Shown here piece after piece: positions 40,547 through 54,107 of a DNA stretch of 64,000 nt. Origin of the DNA: an uncultured Acidimicrobiales bacterium (lineage in GTDB: Bacteria > Actinomycetota > Geothermincolia > Fen-727 > Anoxymicrobiaceae); NCBI GenBank assembly GCA_964512645.1, contig CAZEJS010000005.1:18309-82308 (forward strand), given 5' to 3'. Numbering within the stretch: the first letter of the stretch is position 1; each line of letters opens with the position of its first letter. The translations under genes and the position numbers were made by a program. A model generated the notes under the pieces. It made no database searches. It saw nothing but the letters and a program-made list of their open reading frames with translations, and was not told the DNA's origin.

Positions 40547-40785
40547 TGGAAGTGGGCATCAAAGTAGGTCTCATTGCAATCGGTGCAGCTCTGGCGATCG
40601 GTCTTTCCGCTATTGCGACTGGGCTCGCTCAGTCGAGGATCGGAGCCGCGATGGCCGGTGCGATCGCAGAGAGGCCGGAGCTGGTGGGTAGCGCGATCAT
40701 CCTCGTCGCTATCCCCGAAACCATGGTCATCCTGGGATTCGTCGTCGCGTTCCTTATCACCGCCCTGAAGAGCACAGTGAAGTAA
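40546..40785 (+). CDS. atpK: A/V-type ATPase subunit K (c), single hairpin
   Basis: Two TM helices; TGLAQSRIG (Gln29) and IPET (Glu58, Thr59). Confidence 0.95.
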   Translation: MEVGIKVGLIAIGAALAIGLSAIATGLAQSRIGAAMAGAIAERPELVGSAIILVAIPETMVILGFVVAFLITALKSTVK

Positions 40786-40808
40786 GCTGACCAAGGGAGT
40801 GAAAAGGA

Positions 40809-41402
40809 TTGGCGCTAGAAGACATCCTCAGGGCGCTTGAGGAGAAAGCCGACACCCGCGTGGAGGTTATCGAAAACGAGGCCGAACAGCGGGTCCAGGA
40901 GATCCTAGCGGAGGTCGAAAAAGAGACCGAGCGAACGAAACGGCAGCGCCTCAAGAAGGTGGAGGACCAGATGCGGAGCGAGGCGACTGCCATCGTCTAC
41001 TCGGCGTCGCTCAGGTCCAAGAACCTCATCATCAAGGCGCAGGAAGACGCGGTGGAGTACGCTTTCAACAGCGCGAAGGATAAACTGGCCAGGCTCCGTG
41101 AGCGGCCGGACTACCCCAAGGTGATGGAAGCGCTGCTGGGCGAATGCCTGGAGTACTTCCCTGAGGGCGAGGTGCTCGTCCGGGTCCGTGAAGACGACAG
41201 GGACCTGGTCGGGAGGCTCCTGGAGGCGCGGCGGAAGCCGTTCGCGTTCGCACAGGCGCCGCTCGAGACGTCGGGCGGGTTGGTCATGAGCAACCCTGAC
41301 GGTTCGATCTCCGTCTCGAACACGTTCGAGTCGCGGCTCGCCAGGGCACAGGACCACCTGAAGCTTCAGATCTCCAAAGCGCTTTTCGGCGCCGGGAACT
41401 GA
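40809..41402 (+). CDS. atpE: A/V-type ATPase subunit E
   Basis: MALEDIL N-terminal coiled-coil, SGGLVM and SNTFESRL. Confidence 0.9.
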   Translation: MALEDILRALEEKADTRVEVIENEAEQRVQEILAEVEKETERTKRQRLKKVEDQMRSEATAIVYSASLRSKNLIIKAQEDAVEYAFNSAKDKLARLRERPDYPKVMEALLGECLEYFPEGEVLVRVREDDRDLVGRLLEARRKPFAFAQAPLETSGGLVMSNPDGSISVSNTFESRLARAQDHLKLQISKALFGAGN

Positions 41403-41427
41403 ACCGACAACTCTGCGGGGTAACACA

Positions 41428-42510
41428 GTGGCCAGAGTCGACCTCTCCGATTACGGATACGTGAACGCGCGTGTGCGCGGCATGCGCTCCTACCTGTTGA
41501 CCAGGGATTTTACCCTGCGCATGGTGGAGACCGAGAACTTCGAGGCCCTGCACTCGATGCTCGAGCAGACCGTTTACAGGCGCGAGATCAACGAGGCCAT
41601 CCTCACGAACCCCGAGCGGCCGGACTACGACCAGGCTCTCTCGCTGAACCAGATCGCGGCCTTCAGGAAGGTCCTGGACTCGACGGGCGGCGAGGCCCAC
41701 AACCTCTGCGTGATCCTGATGTCACGCTACGACGTGCAGAACGTCAAGACGGTCCTGCGGGGCAAGAAAGGCAACGCGACGCCGTCGGAGGTGCTGGCCC
41801 TGATGGTCCCGGTGGGCGTCATCAAGATGGACACGCTGGAGCAGATGGCCCAGGCCCGGGAGGTGCGGGACGCCATCAACGTACTGGTTTCCCAGCAGAA
41901 CAAATACGGGCAGGCCCTGGCCTCCGCGTACGGCGCCTACCAGAAGAAGATGCAGGACCTGGCCGTTCTCGAACTTGCGCTCGACAAGTTCAACTACCGC
42001 GACTGCATCAACCAGTTGACGGGGCACGACCGCAACGTGGAGATGGTGCGGCAGATGATAACCGCCGAAATCGACATGAGGAACGTGTCGACGCTGGTGA
42101 GGGTCCGGGGCCTGAAGCTCGACGACGACGAGGTCGAGGGCCTCAGGATCGACGGGGGGACCCTGGCCAGGGACCAGTTCCTGGGGCTTCACCGCCTGGG
42201 CGACGTCGTCCAGATCGTCAGCGAATACCCCGATCCGCGATTCCGCAAGCCGCTGGAGAAGGCCCTCGCCGAGTACCAGGAGATAGACGTCGTCGCCTTC
42301 GACAAGGAACTCGAGAGGGAGATCATCCGGCGCGGCGCGGCGATGTCCAACATAGACGTGCTGGGCATCGGCGTCGTCATCGGCTTCATGTTCAGCAAGC
42401 AGAACGAGATCATCAACCTTCGCATCATCCTACGGGGAAAGATGATGGAGCGCCCTCAGGGCGACATCAAGAAAGACCTGTTCTTCTTCGGGCAGGAGAG
42501 CGAGGGATAA
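41428..42510 (+). CDS. atpC: A/V-type ATPase subunit C
   Basis: YGYVNARVRGM, YDVQNVKTVLRG, EIDMRN and KQNEIINLRIILRGK. Confidence 0.92.
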   Translation: MARVDLSDYGYVNARVRGMRSYLLTRDFTLRMVETENFEALHSMLEQTVYRREINEAILTNPERPDYDQALSLNQIAAFRKVLDSTGGEAHNLCVILMSRYDVQNVKTVLRGKKGNATPSEVLALMVPVGVIKMDTLEQMAQAREVRDAINVLVSQQNKYGQALASAYGAYQKKMQDLAVLELALDKFNYRDCINQLTGHDRNVEMVRQMITAEIDMRNVSTLVRVRGLKLDDDEVEGLRIDGGTLARDQFLGLHRLGDVVQIVSEYPDPRFRKPLEKALAEYQEIDVVAFDKELEREIIRRGAAMSNIDVLGIGVVIGFMFSKQNEIINLRIILRGKMMERPQGDIKKDLFFFGQESEG

Positions 42511-42528
42511 AGCGATCGGACGTATGAC

Positions 42529-42861
42529 ATGTACAAGGTAATCGTGCTGACCGACCCGGAGACCGCGGACGGGTTCAGGCTGGCGGGGGTGGACGTCTTC
42601 CAGGTGGAGACGGCCGACGAGGCCACCCGGGAGATATCAAGGCTCCTCGAGGACCCGAAAAGCGGGATCCTGGCGGTCAACGAGTCGTTCCTGACCGGGC
42701 TGGACGAAAGGATACAGAAGCGCATCGAGGCGACATACCGACCGATAGTGGTGTCGCTCCCTGTCAAGGAGAAGCTGGGCGCGGCCGGTGAGCGGAGGGC
42801 GTTCCTCGCCCGCCTGGTGCACCGCGCGGTGGGCTTCGATGTGACGCTGAAGAACCAATAG
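42529..42861 (+). CDS. atpF: A/V-type ATPase subunit F
   Basis: [16 protein letters not shown] and RAVGFD. Confidence 0.93.
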   Translation: MYKVIVLTDPETADGFRLAGVDVFQVETADEATREISRLLEDPKSGILAVNESFLTGLDERIQKRIEATYRPIVVSLPVKEKLGAAGERRAFLARLVHRAVGFDVTLKNQ

Positions 42862-42893
42862 GCCGAAAGGCCGAGAGCTTAAGGAGTCGTGTC

Positions 42894-44648
42894 TTGATCG
42901 AAGGCGAGATAACCAAGGTTTCGGGGCCGGTCGTCGAGGCCATGGGCATGAACGGGGCACGGATGTACGACGTGACCTTCGTGGGCAAGCTCAAGCTCAT
43001 CGGGGAGGTCATCCGTCTCGCCGGGCAGAACGCGGTCATCCAGGTCTACGAGGACACCAGCGGCCTGGAGGTCGGAGAGGCGGTGGTGTGCACCGAGCAG
43101 CCGCTGCTGCTGGAGCTGGGGCCGGGGATGCTCTCGTCGATCTACGACGGCGTCCAGAGGAGGCTGCCGGACCTGGCCGACGTGTACGGCGACTACATCA
43201 CCCGGGGCACCGTGGCCGATCCTCTCGACCACGAGCGCGACTGGGAGTTCGTCGCCACCGCCGCGCCGGGCGACGAGGTCTCCGAGGGAGACGTGCTTGG
43301 CGAGGTGCAGGAGACCGAGGTCATCAAGCACCTGATCATGGTGCCGCCGGGCAGGAGCGGGACGATCGCCGAGATCGAGTCGGGCGTCTTCAAGGTCACC
43401 GACGTCATCGCCCGCACCCGTGACGGCCAGGAGTTCAAGATGGTCCAGGAGTGGCCCGCCCGGATTCCCAGGCCGGTCATCAGCAAGATGGACCCGAACC
43501 TGCCGTTCATCACCGGGACGCGGATACTCGACACGTTCTTTCCGGTGGCGCAGGGGGGCTACAGCATCATTCCCGGCGGCTTCGGCACCGGGAAGACCGT
43601 CACCGAGCAGACGCTCGCCAAGTGGGCCCAGGCCGATATCGTGATCTACGTAGGGTGCGGCGAGCGCGGGAACGAGATGACCGACGTGCTCTCGGAGTTC
43701 CCCGCCCTCGAGGACGTGAGGACCGGTCAGCCCCTGATGAAGCGCACCATCCTCATCGCCAATACCTCCAACATGCCCGTGGCGGCCCGCGAGGCCTCCA
43801 TCTACACCGGGATCACGATGGCGGAATACTACCGGGACATGGGTTACGACGTGGCGATGATGGCGGACTCCACCTCCAGGTGGGGCGAAGCCCTGCGCGA
43901 GGTTTCCGGCCGGCTCGAGGAGATGCCCGGAGAGGAGGGCTACCCGGCGTACCTGGCGACCAGGATCGCCGATTTCTACGAGCGTGCCGGCAGGTCGGTG
44001 TGTCTCGGGAGCAACGGCGAAGAGCGCATCGGTTCGATCACCGTGGTCGGGGCGGTCTCGCCCCCCGGCGGCGACTTCTCCGAGCCCATGACCCAGAACT
44101 CGCTGCGCATATCGGGCGCCTTCTGGGCTCTGGACACCTCCCTGGCCCACCGGCGCCACTTCCCCGCCATATCGTGGCTGGGCAGCTATTCGCTGTACCT
44201 CGACCAGGTCGAGGACTGGTACTCCAACAACGTCTCGTCCGACTGGAAGCCGCTGCGCGACAAGGCCATGAGCATCCTCCAGAAGGAGGCGGAACTGCAG
44301 GAGATCGTCCAGCTCGTAGGCCCGGACGCCCTGCCGGAGTTCGCCCGGGCCACGTTGGAAGTCGCCCGCATGCTCAGGGAGGATTACCTCCAGCAGTTCG
44401 CCTTCAGCGACATCGACGCTTTCTGCAGCCCGCACAAGCAGTACCACATGCTCAAGGTCATCGTCGCCTACTACGACCTGCTGCAGGAGGTCCTGGTCAA
44501 GGGAGTAACGCTTAAGGAGGCCATGGACGTGCCGTTCCGCACGCGCATAGGGCGCATGAAGGATATCCCCAACGAGGAGGCGGTCGAACAGCTCGAGACC
44601 CTCGAGGCCGAGATGTCCGCGGAGCTGCGCAGGCTTATCAGGTACTAG
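42894..44648 (+). CDS. atpA: A/V-type ATPase catalytic subunit A
   Basis: [34 protein letters not shown] and EEGYPAYL. Confidence 0.97.
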   Translation: MIEGEITKVSGPVVEAMGMNGARMYDVTFVGKLKLIGEVIRLAGQNAVIQVYEDTSGLEVGEAVVCTEQPLLLELGPGMLSSIYDGVQRRLPDLADVYGDYITRGTVADPLDHERDWEFVATAAPGDEVSEGDVLGEVQETEVIKHLIMVPPGRSGTIAEIESGVFKVTDVIARTRDGQEFKMVQEWPARIPRPVISKMDPNLPFITGTRILDTFFPVAQGGYSIIPGGFGTGKTVTEQTLAKWAQADIVIYVGCGERGNEMTDVLSEFPALEDVRTGQPLMKRTILIANTSNMPVAAREASIYTGITMAEYYRDMGYDVAMMADSTSRWGEALREVSGRLEEMPGEEGYPAYLATRIADFYERAGRSVCLGSNGEERIGSITVVGAVSPPGGDFSEPMTQNSLRISGAFWALDTSLAHRRHFPAISWLGSYSLYLDQVEDWYSNNVSSDWKPLRDKAMSILQKEAELQEIVQLVGPDALPEFARATLEVARMLREDYLQQFAFSDIDAFCSPHKQYHMLKVIVAYYDLLQEVLVKGVTLKEAMDVPFRTRIGRMKDIPNEEAVEQLETLEAEMSAELRRLIRY

Positions 44649-44685
44649 GATCAAGTAGAGTTCACTCTGGACAGGAGAGAGGAAA

Positions 44686-46209
<1,524 letters not shown>

Positions 46210-46218
46210 GGAAAACCG

Positions 46219-46872
46219 ATGGCTGAAAAAGTCAACCCGACGCGCAGCGAGCTCCTCTACAGGAGGCAGCAGATAAGGCTGGCGGAGCAGGGCATGGAGC
46301 TCCTCAAGAAGAAGCGGGACGCGCTGCTCAGGGAGTTCCTCCCGATCATCGACGAGACCATGAAGCTGTCGATGAGGCTCGAGAGGGCCACCGCGGACGC
46401 CCAGCAATCGCTGGCCCTCGCCAAGGCGGTGGAGGGCAAGTCGGTCGTCAAATCGGTCTCGTTCGCCACCAAGGGCGAGATCCTGGTGGACATCTTCGGG
46501 ACCCACGTGATGGGTGTTCCCATTCCCGTCATCAAGAAGTCCGACACCGCGCTCAAGAACGAGCTGAGCCGGGGCTACTCCATAACCGGCGTGAGCGCCC
46601 GGATCGACTCCACGGCAGGCAAGTTCGAGGAGATCATCGATATCATGATCCAGAGCGCCGACATCGAGACGCGGCTGCGCCGGTTGGGGGAGGAGCTCCA
46701 GAAGACCAACAGGCGCGTGAACGCCCTGGAGAACGTGGTCGTCCCCGAGCTCCAGGTACAGGTCAAGTTCATCTTCAGCTCCCTCGACGAGAGGGCCCGC
46801 GAGGACCACTTCCGCCTCAAGAAGGTCAAGAAGAAGATAATGGAGCGGCAGCAGGCCGCCACCCGGTCCTGA
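46219..46872 (+). CDS. atpD: A/V-type ATPase subunit D
   Basis: [16 protein letters not shown] and [10 protein letters not shown]. Confidence 0.96.
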   Translation: MAEKVNPTRSELLYRRQQIRLAEQGMELLKKKRDALLREFLPIIDETMKLSMRLERATADAQQSLALAKAVEGKSVVKSVSFATKGEILVDIFGTHVMGVPIPVIKKSDTALKNELSRGYSITGVSARIDSTAGKFEEIIDIMIQSADIETRLRRLGEELQKTNRRVNALENVVVPELQVQVKFIFSSLDERAREDHFRLKKVKKKIMERQQAATRS

Positions 46873-46918
46873 GGCCGCCCCCGGCGCACCCGGAACCGGT
46901 CCACACTCCCCCGCGCCC

Positions 46919-46927
46919 TGTTACAAT
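46919..46927 (+). promoter_or_regulatory. Extended -10 element for murA
   Basis: TG-T-TACAAT. Confidence 0.5.
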
Positions 46928-46985
46928 TGAGCCCGGGCGAAACGGCCCGGCGGTCCGGGCGGCCGCGGGCCTGGCGGGAGGCTTC

Positions 46986-48248
46986 ATGGACAAGCTGGTC
47001 ATCGAGGGCGGCGGCGAAGCGCTGCGCGGCACGGTGCGCGTGGGCGGCGCCAAGAACTCGGTGCTGAAGCTGATGGCCGCGGTGGTGATGGCCGAAGGGC
47101 CGTCGCTCATCACCAACGTCCCCGACATCTCCGACGTGCACATCATGTCCGAGGTGCTCCGCCGGCTGGGGCTCGGTGTGGAGATGGAGCGGGGAACGCT
47201 CAGGATAACCCCGGCGGCCGAGCCGCGCTTCGAGACACCTTACCACCTGGTACAGAAGATGCGCGCGGCCGTCGACGTGCTGGGGGCGCTGCTGGCCCGC
47301 TACGGGCGGGCCAGGGTCGCGATGCCGGGGGGCGACAACATTGGCTCGCGCCAGATAGACATGCACTTGAAAGGGTTCGCCCAGATGGGCGCGGACCTCA
47401 CGGTCTCCCACGGCTACATCGAAGCACGTGCCCCGGGGCTCAAAGGAACCCACCTCTTCCTCGACTTCGCGAGCGTGGGCGCCACGGAGAACCTCCTGAT
47501 CGCCGCCTGCCTGGCACGGGGACGCACGGTAATCGAGAACGCGGCGAAGGAACCGGAGATAGTCGACCTCGCGGACTTCCTGAGCCGCATGGGAGCCCGC
47601 GTGGAAGGCGCGGGTACCTCGACCCTGACAATCGAGGGCGTGAGCTCGCTGTCCGGCGTGGAGCACGAGGTGATAGGGGACAGGATTGAGGCGGGCACTT
47701 TCCTCCTTGCCGGGGTGGTGACCGGCGGGGAGGTGAGGGTCGAAGGGGCCGACCCCGCGCACCTCGAGATCGTGCGCGAGAAGATGGTCGAGGCGGGATG
47801 CGAGGTTGCGGTGGACGGATCGGCTTTGACGGCCAGGCTGGACGGAAGGGCCCGCGGCGTGGAGATATCCACCCTGCCCTACCCGGGCTTTCCCACCGAC
47901 CTGCAGCCGATGATGCTGGCGTTGCTTGCGACGGCGGACGGCATCTCGTTCGTAACCGAGAACATTTTCGACAACAGGTTCATGGTGGTGGACGAGTTCA
48001 ACAGGCTCGGCGCGGACATGAAGACCAGGGAGCACCACGCGATAGTCAGGGGAGTGGAACGCCTGTCGGGCGCCCCCGTGACCGCCACGGACGTGCGGGC
48101 GGGCGCCGGCCTGGTCCTTGCGGGGCTGGCCGCGGAAGGAGTCACCGAGGTGTACGAGATCCGGCATATCGACCGCGGTTACGAGGATTTCGTGGGCAAG
48201 CTCTCGAGGCTGGGGGCCCGGATCGAGCGGCGACCGGCGGACGGCTGA
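46986..48248 (+). CDS. murA: UDP-N-acetylglucosamine 1-carboxyvinyltransferase
   Basis: [43 protein letters not shown] and IDRGY. Confidence 0.97.
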   Translation: MDKLVIEGGGEALRGTVRVGGAKNSVLKLMAAVVMAEGPSLITNVPDISDVHIMSEVLRRLGLGVEMERGTLRITPAAEPRFETPYHLVQKMRAAVDVLGALLARYGRARVAMPGGDNIGSRQIDMHLKGFAQMGADLTVSHGYIEARAPGLKGTHLFLDFASVGATENLLIAACLARGRTVIENAAKEPEIVDLADFLSRMGARVEGAGTSTLTIEGVSSLSGVEHEVIGDRIEAGTFLLAGVVTGGEVRVEGADPAHLEIVREKMVEAGCEVAVDGSALTARLDGRARGVEISTLPYPGFPTDLQPMMLALLATADGISFVTENIFDNRFMVVDEFNRLGADMKTREHHAIVRGVERLSGAPVTATDVRAGAGLVLAGLAAEGVTEVYEIRHIDRGYEDFVGKLSRLGARIERRPADG

Positions 48249-48261
48249 GGCGGGTGACGGG

Positions 48262-50577
48262 ATGAGATGCGAGGCGGGCGCACGGTGCCGCCGGGCGCTC
48301 CTGGCGCGGGCGGCGGCCGTCCTGGCCCTGCTGGTCCTGGCGGGGGCGTTCACCTGTCCCTTCGCCCGCTCGGCGGACCTGCGGGGGAAGGTCGTCATCC
48401 TGGTCATCGACAGGACCGGGCCCGGGGACATCACGCCGGGCGGCACGCCGTTCCTCGCCAGGCTTGCCAACAGGTGGTCGTCGGGGATCATGGTGACCCG
48501 CACCGGGGAGAGGGACACCGGGCGGGAGCCGGACAACGGCGCCGGTTGCGTGACCCTGGCGGCGGGAACGCGTGCCAGGGGCGCGGCGGGCGCGGAGCTG
48601 TCGTTCGAACGGGGTGAACTGCTCGCCGGGGCCGGCCACGAGACATCCGCCGGTTCTTACGCGCGCCTGGCCTCAGGGACCGCGACGCCGCCCGGCGGGT
48701 CGGCATGCCTCGGCATGGCCGCCGTTGTCGCCGGCAACGCGGAGGGTGGCACGTCGGACAGCGTGGGCCTCCTCGGCAGGGAGCTCGCGCGGGCCGGAAA
48801 GGTCGCCGCCGTGGCCGGCAACCAGGATTCTCTGACGGGGCCGGTCCGGTGCTCCGCGCTCATCGTCTCCGGTCCCGGTGGGAAGGTGCCGCAGGCTCGC
48901 CTTGCGGGATTGACCAGGCGCGCGCCGCCGCGGCCGGGAGGAATGGTCACTGATATGGAAGGGCTCCTCGCGGCCTCCCGGGAGCTACTGTCCCGCAGCG
49001 ACCTGCTGGTTATCGACACCGGGGATACCGGGCGGGCCGATCGCGAGCGTCTGCTCACAGGCGCCGGCGCGTTCGCGACGGCGCGGGCGGGTGCCCTGCG
49101 CCGGGCAGACTCTTTCGCCTCGCGCCTGGCGCGGGAGATGGACCTCGGCAGTTCGCTCTTGCTGGTGGTCTCTCCCGCGGCCCCGAGCGAGGCGCGCATG
49201 AAGGGGAACTTCGCGACGCCTTTTATAGCCGCGGGCAAAGGCTTCTCCCGGGGCCTCATTTCATCTCCTTCCACGAGGAGGGCGGGTTTCGTCAACAACA
49301 CCGACCTGGCGGCGACGGTGCTTCGCTTCTACGGCCTCCCGGCCCCCCCGCAGCCCGTGGGGGCCGCGATGAACACGGCGGGGAAGGCTCCAGGCGGGGC
49401 GACAAACCTGGAGCACACCGCTGAGCTCGACAGGCAGTACATGGTTACCAGGGAGGCGCGCTGGCCGGTGGTGCTCGCCTACCTCGCGTGCGTCGGCGTG
49501 TTCCTGGTCCTTTCGCTGGCCTGCATACCGTCGGTGGGCGCCCGGATCGGGATAGAGCGCCGCCTGCCCGTCCTGATGCGCGTTCTCCGGCCTGCCGCGG
49601 TGGTGCTCCTGGCCGCTCCCGCGTCTTTCCTTCTGGTGTCGGCGTTCTCCTTCGATGGCTGGACGTTTCCCCTCGTCTTTTGTGCCGCCTACGCCCTGGC
49701 CGTCGGCCTCGCCGCGTACTTCGCCGCCGGGCCCGCGGGCCGGCCGGACGCTGTGACGCTGGTGTGTCTCCTCTCCGCCGGGGTCATGATGGTCGACCTG
49801 CTCTTCGGCGGCAGGCTCCTGGTGTTCCCGCTGCTGGGGAGCAGCGTCCAGGACGGCATGAGGTTCTTCGGGATCAGCAACGCCGTCTCGGGAATGCTGA
49901 TAGCTTACGGCGTGTTCGGAGCGGTCGGCATCGCGCGCGACTCAGTCTGCGCCGGGGGCCCCGCGAGACGGGGCGTCTTCGCCGGCCTCGCGGTCCTGGC
50001 TTTCTTCGTCGGCTTTGGACTGCTGGGTGGTGATTTCGGGGGTTTTGTCACCACCGTGGTCACGTGCCTGGTCCTCTTCTTCGCGACAGGTGGCGGGCGA
50101 TTCGATCGCCGGAGGATGTTGGTCGTGGTCGGCGGCGCCATCGGGGCGGCGGCCGCCCTGGTGGTGGCCGACGCCGTCTTCGTGCACACCCATACCAGCC
50201 AGGCCCTGTCGGCCGGCTCGCAACAGGTGTTCGGCCTGGTCGGCAGGAAGGCCGTCATACTGCTGGCCCAGATCAGGAGCGTGCTGGTCCTGGCCCTGGT
50301 GATGGTCGCGTCGGTAGTCGCCATTGTCCTGTGGATGAGACGGCCCGGCTCGTTCTGGGAGGCGCGCTGGAGATCCGACAGGGCGTTCACCAGCTCGCTT
50401 TTCGCTCTGCTCTCCGGGAGCATTGTCGCCCTGCTGCTGAACGACACCGGGATCGGGATGATGGGCACCATGGTCATGGTGGCGATCCCGGTCACCGGGT
50501 TTCACTTCATGATGGAGGCTCCGGGCGGCGCCCCGGGGGCCCGGCGTAACGGGTGCGGATTCAGGTCTGCCGGCTGA
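48262..50577 (+). CDS. Hypothetical membrane protein: alkaline-phosphatase-like extracytoplasmic region followed by about 11 TM helices
   Basis: Signal-like N-terminus, then VVILVIDR, LLLVVSP, TPFIAAG and STRRAGFVNNTDLAATVL, then a polytopic C-terminal half. Start placed at ATG 48262. Confidence 0.65.
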   Translation: MRCEAGARCRRALLARAAAVLALLVLAGAFTCPFARSADLRGKVVILVIDRTGPGDITPGGTPFLARLANRWSSGIMVTRTGERDTGREPDNGAGCVTLAAGTRARGAAGAELSFERGELLAGAGHETSAGSYARLASGTATPPGGSACLGMAAVVAGNAEGGTSDSVGLLGRELARAGKVAAVAGNQDSLTGPVRCSALIVSGPGGKVPQARLAGLTRRAPPRPGGMVTDMEGLLAASRELLSRSDLLVIDTGDTGRADRERLLTGAGAFATARAGALRRADSFASRLAREMDLGSSLLLVVSPAAPSEARMKGNFATPFIAAGKGFSRGLISSPSTRRAGFVNNTDLAATVLRFYGLPAPPQPVGAAMNTAGKAPGGATNLEHTAELDRQYMVTREARWPVVLAYLACVGVFLVLSLACIPSVGARIGIERRLPVLMRVLRPAAVVLLAAPASFLLVSAFSFDGWTFPLVFCAAYALAVGLAAYFAAGPAGRPDAVTLVCLLSAGVMMVDLLFGGRLLVFPLLGSSVQDGMRFFGISNAVSGMLIAYGVFGAVGIARDSVCAGGPARRGVFAGLAVLAFFVGFGLLGGDFGGFVTTVVTCLVLFFATGGGRFDRRRMLVVVGGAIGAAAALVVADAVFVHTHTSQALSAGSQQVFGLVGRKAVILLAQIRSVLVLALVMVASVVAIVLWMRRPGSFWEARWRSDRAFTSSLFALLSGSIVALLLNDTGIGMMGTMVMVAIPVTGFHFMMEAPGGAPGARRNGCGFRSAG

Positions 50578-51550
50578 ACTGCCAAATGGCTATGACGAGC
50601 ATGACCAGGGCGAAGCACGATACCACCGTGATGTCCAGCCACAGCGGGTACCTCTGGGTCTGCAGGGACATGCTCGAGCCGGCCCTGGTGAGGGCCGCTT
50701 TAACTTCGGCGGGCATCCGGTTCAGGGCCTGCTGGGGGATCTTGTTCAGCAGGGCCGCAGGTCCCCCGGTCACCTCGACGCCCCTCAGGCTGATCCCCCT
50801 CAGCATGTCTACCCCGTAGGACAGCGGGTTGAGCTTGGTGAGCACGTTCATCCAGCCGGGCAGTCCCTGCAGCGGGAACATCGCCCCGGAGAGGAAGAAG
50901 AGCGGCAGCAGCAGGAAGTTCATCACCATCGGGAACCCCTCCATCGATTTCATATTGGCCGCTATGGCGACGCCCATCGCGGTCATCCCGATGGCCAGCA
51001 GCAGGGTCAGGGGTATCAGGGCCAGTGCCTTGAGAGCGGTCTCGACGCTGAATCCGTACATGAACGGGAAGAACATCAGGGCCAGGAGTATGGTCCCCTG
51101 GATCATCGCCTGGGTGGCACCGCCGATTATCTTGCCGAAGGCGACGCTCGAACGCGGCACCGGGGAGACCAGTACCTCTTTGAGAAAGCCGAACTCCCGG
51201 TCCCAGAGGATCGAAATGGCGGAGAAGACCGAGGTGAAGAGCACGGTCATCCCCAGGATCCCCGGGAACATGAAAAGGATGTACCTGGTGTTTCCGCCGC
51301 CGAACACCTTGAAGGCGGCCTGGAGACCGGTCCCCAGGAGGAACAGGTAGATCATCGGCTGGACGAAGGCGCCCACCCGCCTGGGGGTGTCGCGCCAGAA
51401 CCGCTTGATATCGCGGAGCCACACGATGTAAGCCCCCGTGAAGGCCCTCCGGACGTTCGTCCTGCGGAGATACTCCTCGGTGGACTCGCCCGGCCCTTTT
51501 TCCGCCCGGTCGCCCCCCGTGCCGGTGTTGGTGCGCTCCCTGTCGTCCAT
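50561..51550 (-). CDS. ABC-2 type transporter permease (DrrB/NodJ-like)
   Basis: WLRDIKRF, MFPGILGM, WDREFGFLKE, FFLSGAMFP and NPLSYGVD. Confidence 0.92.
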   Translation of the reverse strand: MDDRERTNTGTGGDRAEKGPGESTEEYLRRTNVRRAFTGAYIVWLRDIKRFWRDTPRRVGAFVQPMIYLFLLGTGLQAAFKVFGGGNTRYILFMFPGILGMTVLFTSVFSAISILWDREFGFLKEVLVSPVPRSSVAFGKIIGGATQAMIQGTILLALMFFPFMYGFSVETALKALALIPLTLLLAIGMTAMGVAIAANMKSMEGFPMVMNFLLLPLFFLSGAMFPLQGLPGWMNVLTKLNPLSYGVDMLRGISLRGVEVTGGPAALLNKIPQQALNRMPAEVKAALTRAGSSMSLQTQRYPLWLDITVVSCFALVMLVIAIWQFSRQT

Positions 51551-51555
51551 TCCGG

Positions 51556-52542
<987 letters not shown>

Positions 52543-52729
52543 TTCCGGCTTCTCTCCCGGTCCCCGCCCCCGGGGCCTCCCGCCCGTGCTCGCGGGCTCC
52601 GCCTCCGGTCCACGGCAGGAGCCGATTTCCGTCCCGCTGCAGCCGCCGTTATCTCGAGTTCGGGATCAGCGTGCCCGCTGCGGGCCGGGCCATCGACGGC
52701 GCGTTGGATGCCTTGCGTGTCGCTAAGCA

Positions 52730-52758
52730 ATACTAGGCACGGGCGTAATCGCTGTCAA
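52730..52758 (-). promoter_or_regulatory. Housekeeping-sigma promoter of the ABC operon
   Basis: Minus strand TTGACA (52758-52753), 17-nt spacer, TAGTAT (52735-52730). Confidence 0.7.
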
Positions 52759-52862
52759 TGAAGAAACGGCCCGCCCGGTGTCCCGTCCGGCCGCTCTGCC
52801 GCCGGGGCATGACGGGACACCGGGTGTGGTTCACCGGCGAGTTCCCGGCGGCGGTGGCGGAG

Positions 52863-54068
52863 CTAGGGCCGCACCACTTCGTCCAGGACCCCCTCCAGGA
52901 TCTCCACGCCTTTCTGCCACGAGAAGTTCTCCTCCATCAGCCGCCTCGCGTTGCCGGCGAGTTCGTCCCTCGCCGCGGCGTCACCGAGCAGTCTCGCCGT
53001 TTCGCGCGCCATCACGGCCGGGTCGTCCGCCAGGATTATGTTCAGGCCGTTCTCCGCCGGAAGCCCTTCGGCGCCCAGCCTGGTGGATACCACCGGGACT
53101 CCGGCGGCCATCGCCTCCAGGACCTTGCCCCTGAAGCCCCCGCCCATACGCACCGGGCAGACAAAGACGTCCGCCTGGAGCATGTAGGGCATGACCGATT
53201 CGACTTCGCCGGTGATCTCGATCGAGGGGTCGAGCCGGGCAAGCTCCAGCATGTCCGGCGTGGGTCCCCTGCCGACGACGAGGAACCTGGCGTCCGGCAC
53301 ATTCTCCTTCACCATGGGCCAGGAGCTGTGGACGAAGTGCACGGCCGCGTCCCTGTTCGGGTCGTGGGGGAAGTTACCCAGGAACATGACGGTGGGCGGA
53401 TGAGGCGGCCTGTCCGCGGCGGGCCGGAAGCCCTCGACGTCGACGCCGTGAGGGACCACCGCGATGTCGAGGTCGTCCCTGATGGCCAGGAGTTCGTCCC
53501 TTCCCTCCGGGGTGAGGGTCAGGACCTTGTCTGCGTCCGCGTACATGTCGAACTCGAAACGCTTCAAGCCTTTGAGCTGCATCAACGCCTGGAGCCCGGC
53601 TTTTCCCCACCCCTGGACCGACAGCACCTTCCTGCGGGCCAGGTAGTAGCATTCGTGCACCGACATGACCCGTTTCATCCCTGCCAGGTCGCCGTTGCGG
53701 TACAGGTACTGGGCCACCATCGAGTATTCGGATATGGCTACGTCGTATCGGCAAGACCTCGTCATCTCGCCCAGCTCCCGGTACATCTCGGGGGAGTAGT
53801 TGAGCATGAAATACGGAGGAACCGGACCGGCTACCCAGTCTTTCGCGCGTCGCACGGCGCCTCTGGCGGCGGGAGGCGGTACGAGCCTGAGCTCTTTGCA
53901 ATACCGGCCGAGAGACTCGACCTGCTCGGTCGTGGGCTTGTGAGGGGCGAATGCGATACAGGAAACCGTGTGGTCGCGCGAGAGGTACTTGATACGGTTG
54001 TAGATGATTATCGGCCCCCCGATCACGCGGCTGTGGGGGAACTCCTTGACAACGAAGAGGATGTTCAT
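52863..54068 (-). CDS. Glycosyltransferase family 4
   Basis: VPHGVD, FLGNFPHDPN, GFRGKVLEAMAAGVPVVST (EX7E-type region). Confidence 0.9.
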   Translation of the reverse strand: MNILFVVKEFPHSRVIGGPIIIYNRIKYLSRDHTVSCIAFAPHKPTTEQVESLGRYCKELRLVPPPAARGAVRRAKDWVAGPVPPYFMLNYSPEMYRELGEMTRSCRYDVAISEYSMVAQYLYRNGDLAGMKRVMSVHECYYLARRKVLSVQGWGKAGLQALMQLKGLKRFEFDMYADADKVLTLTPEGRDELLAIRDDLDIAVVPHGVDVEGFRPAADRPPHPPTVMFLGNFPHDPNRDAAVHFVHSSWPMVKENVPDARFLVVGRGPTPDMLELARLDPSIEITGEVESVMPYMLQADVFVCPVRMGGGFRGKVLEAMAAGVPVVSTRLGAEGLPAENGLNIILADDPAVMARETARLLGDAAARDELAGNARRLMEENFSWQKGVEILEGVLDEVVRP

Positions 54069-54096
54069 GAAAAGCCTTTCGCCGGTGGACGGCCGA

Positions 54097-54107
54097 ATGA
54101 TATCACA
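54097..54107 (-). promoter_or_regulatory. TRTGn extended -10 element for the glycosyltransferase
   Basis: Minus strand TGTG-A-TATCAT, ending about 28 nt before ATG 54068. Confidence 0.5.
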
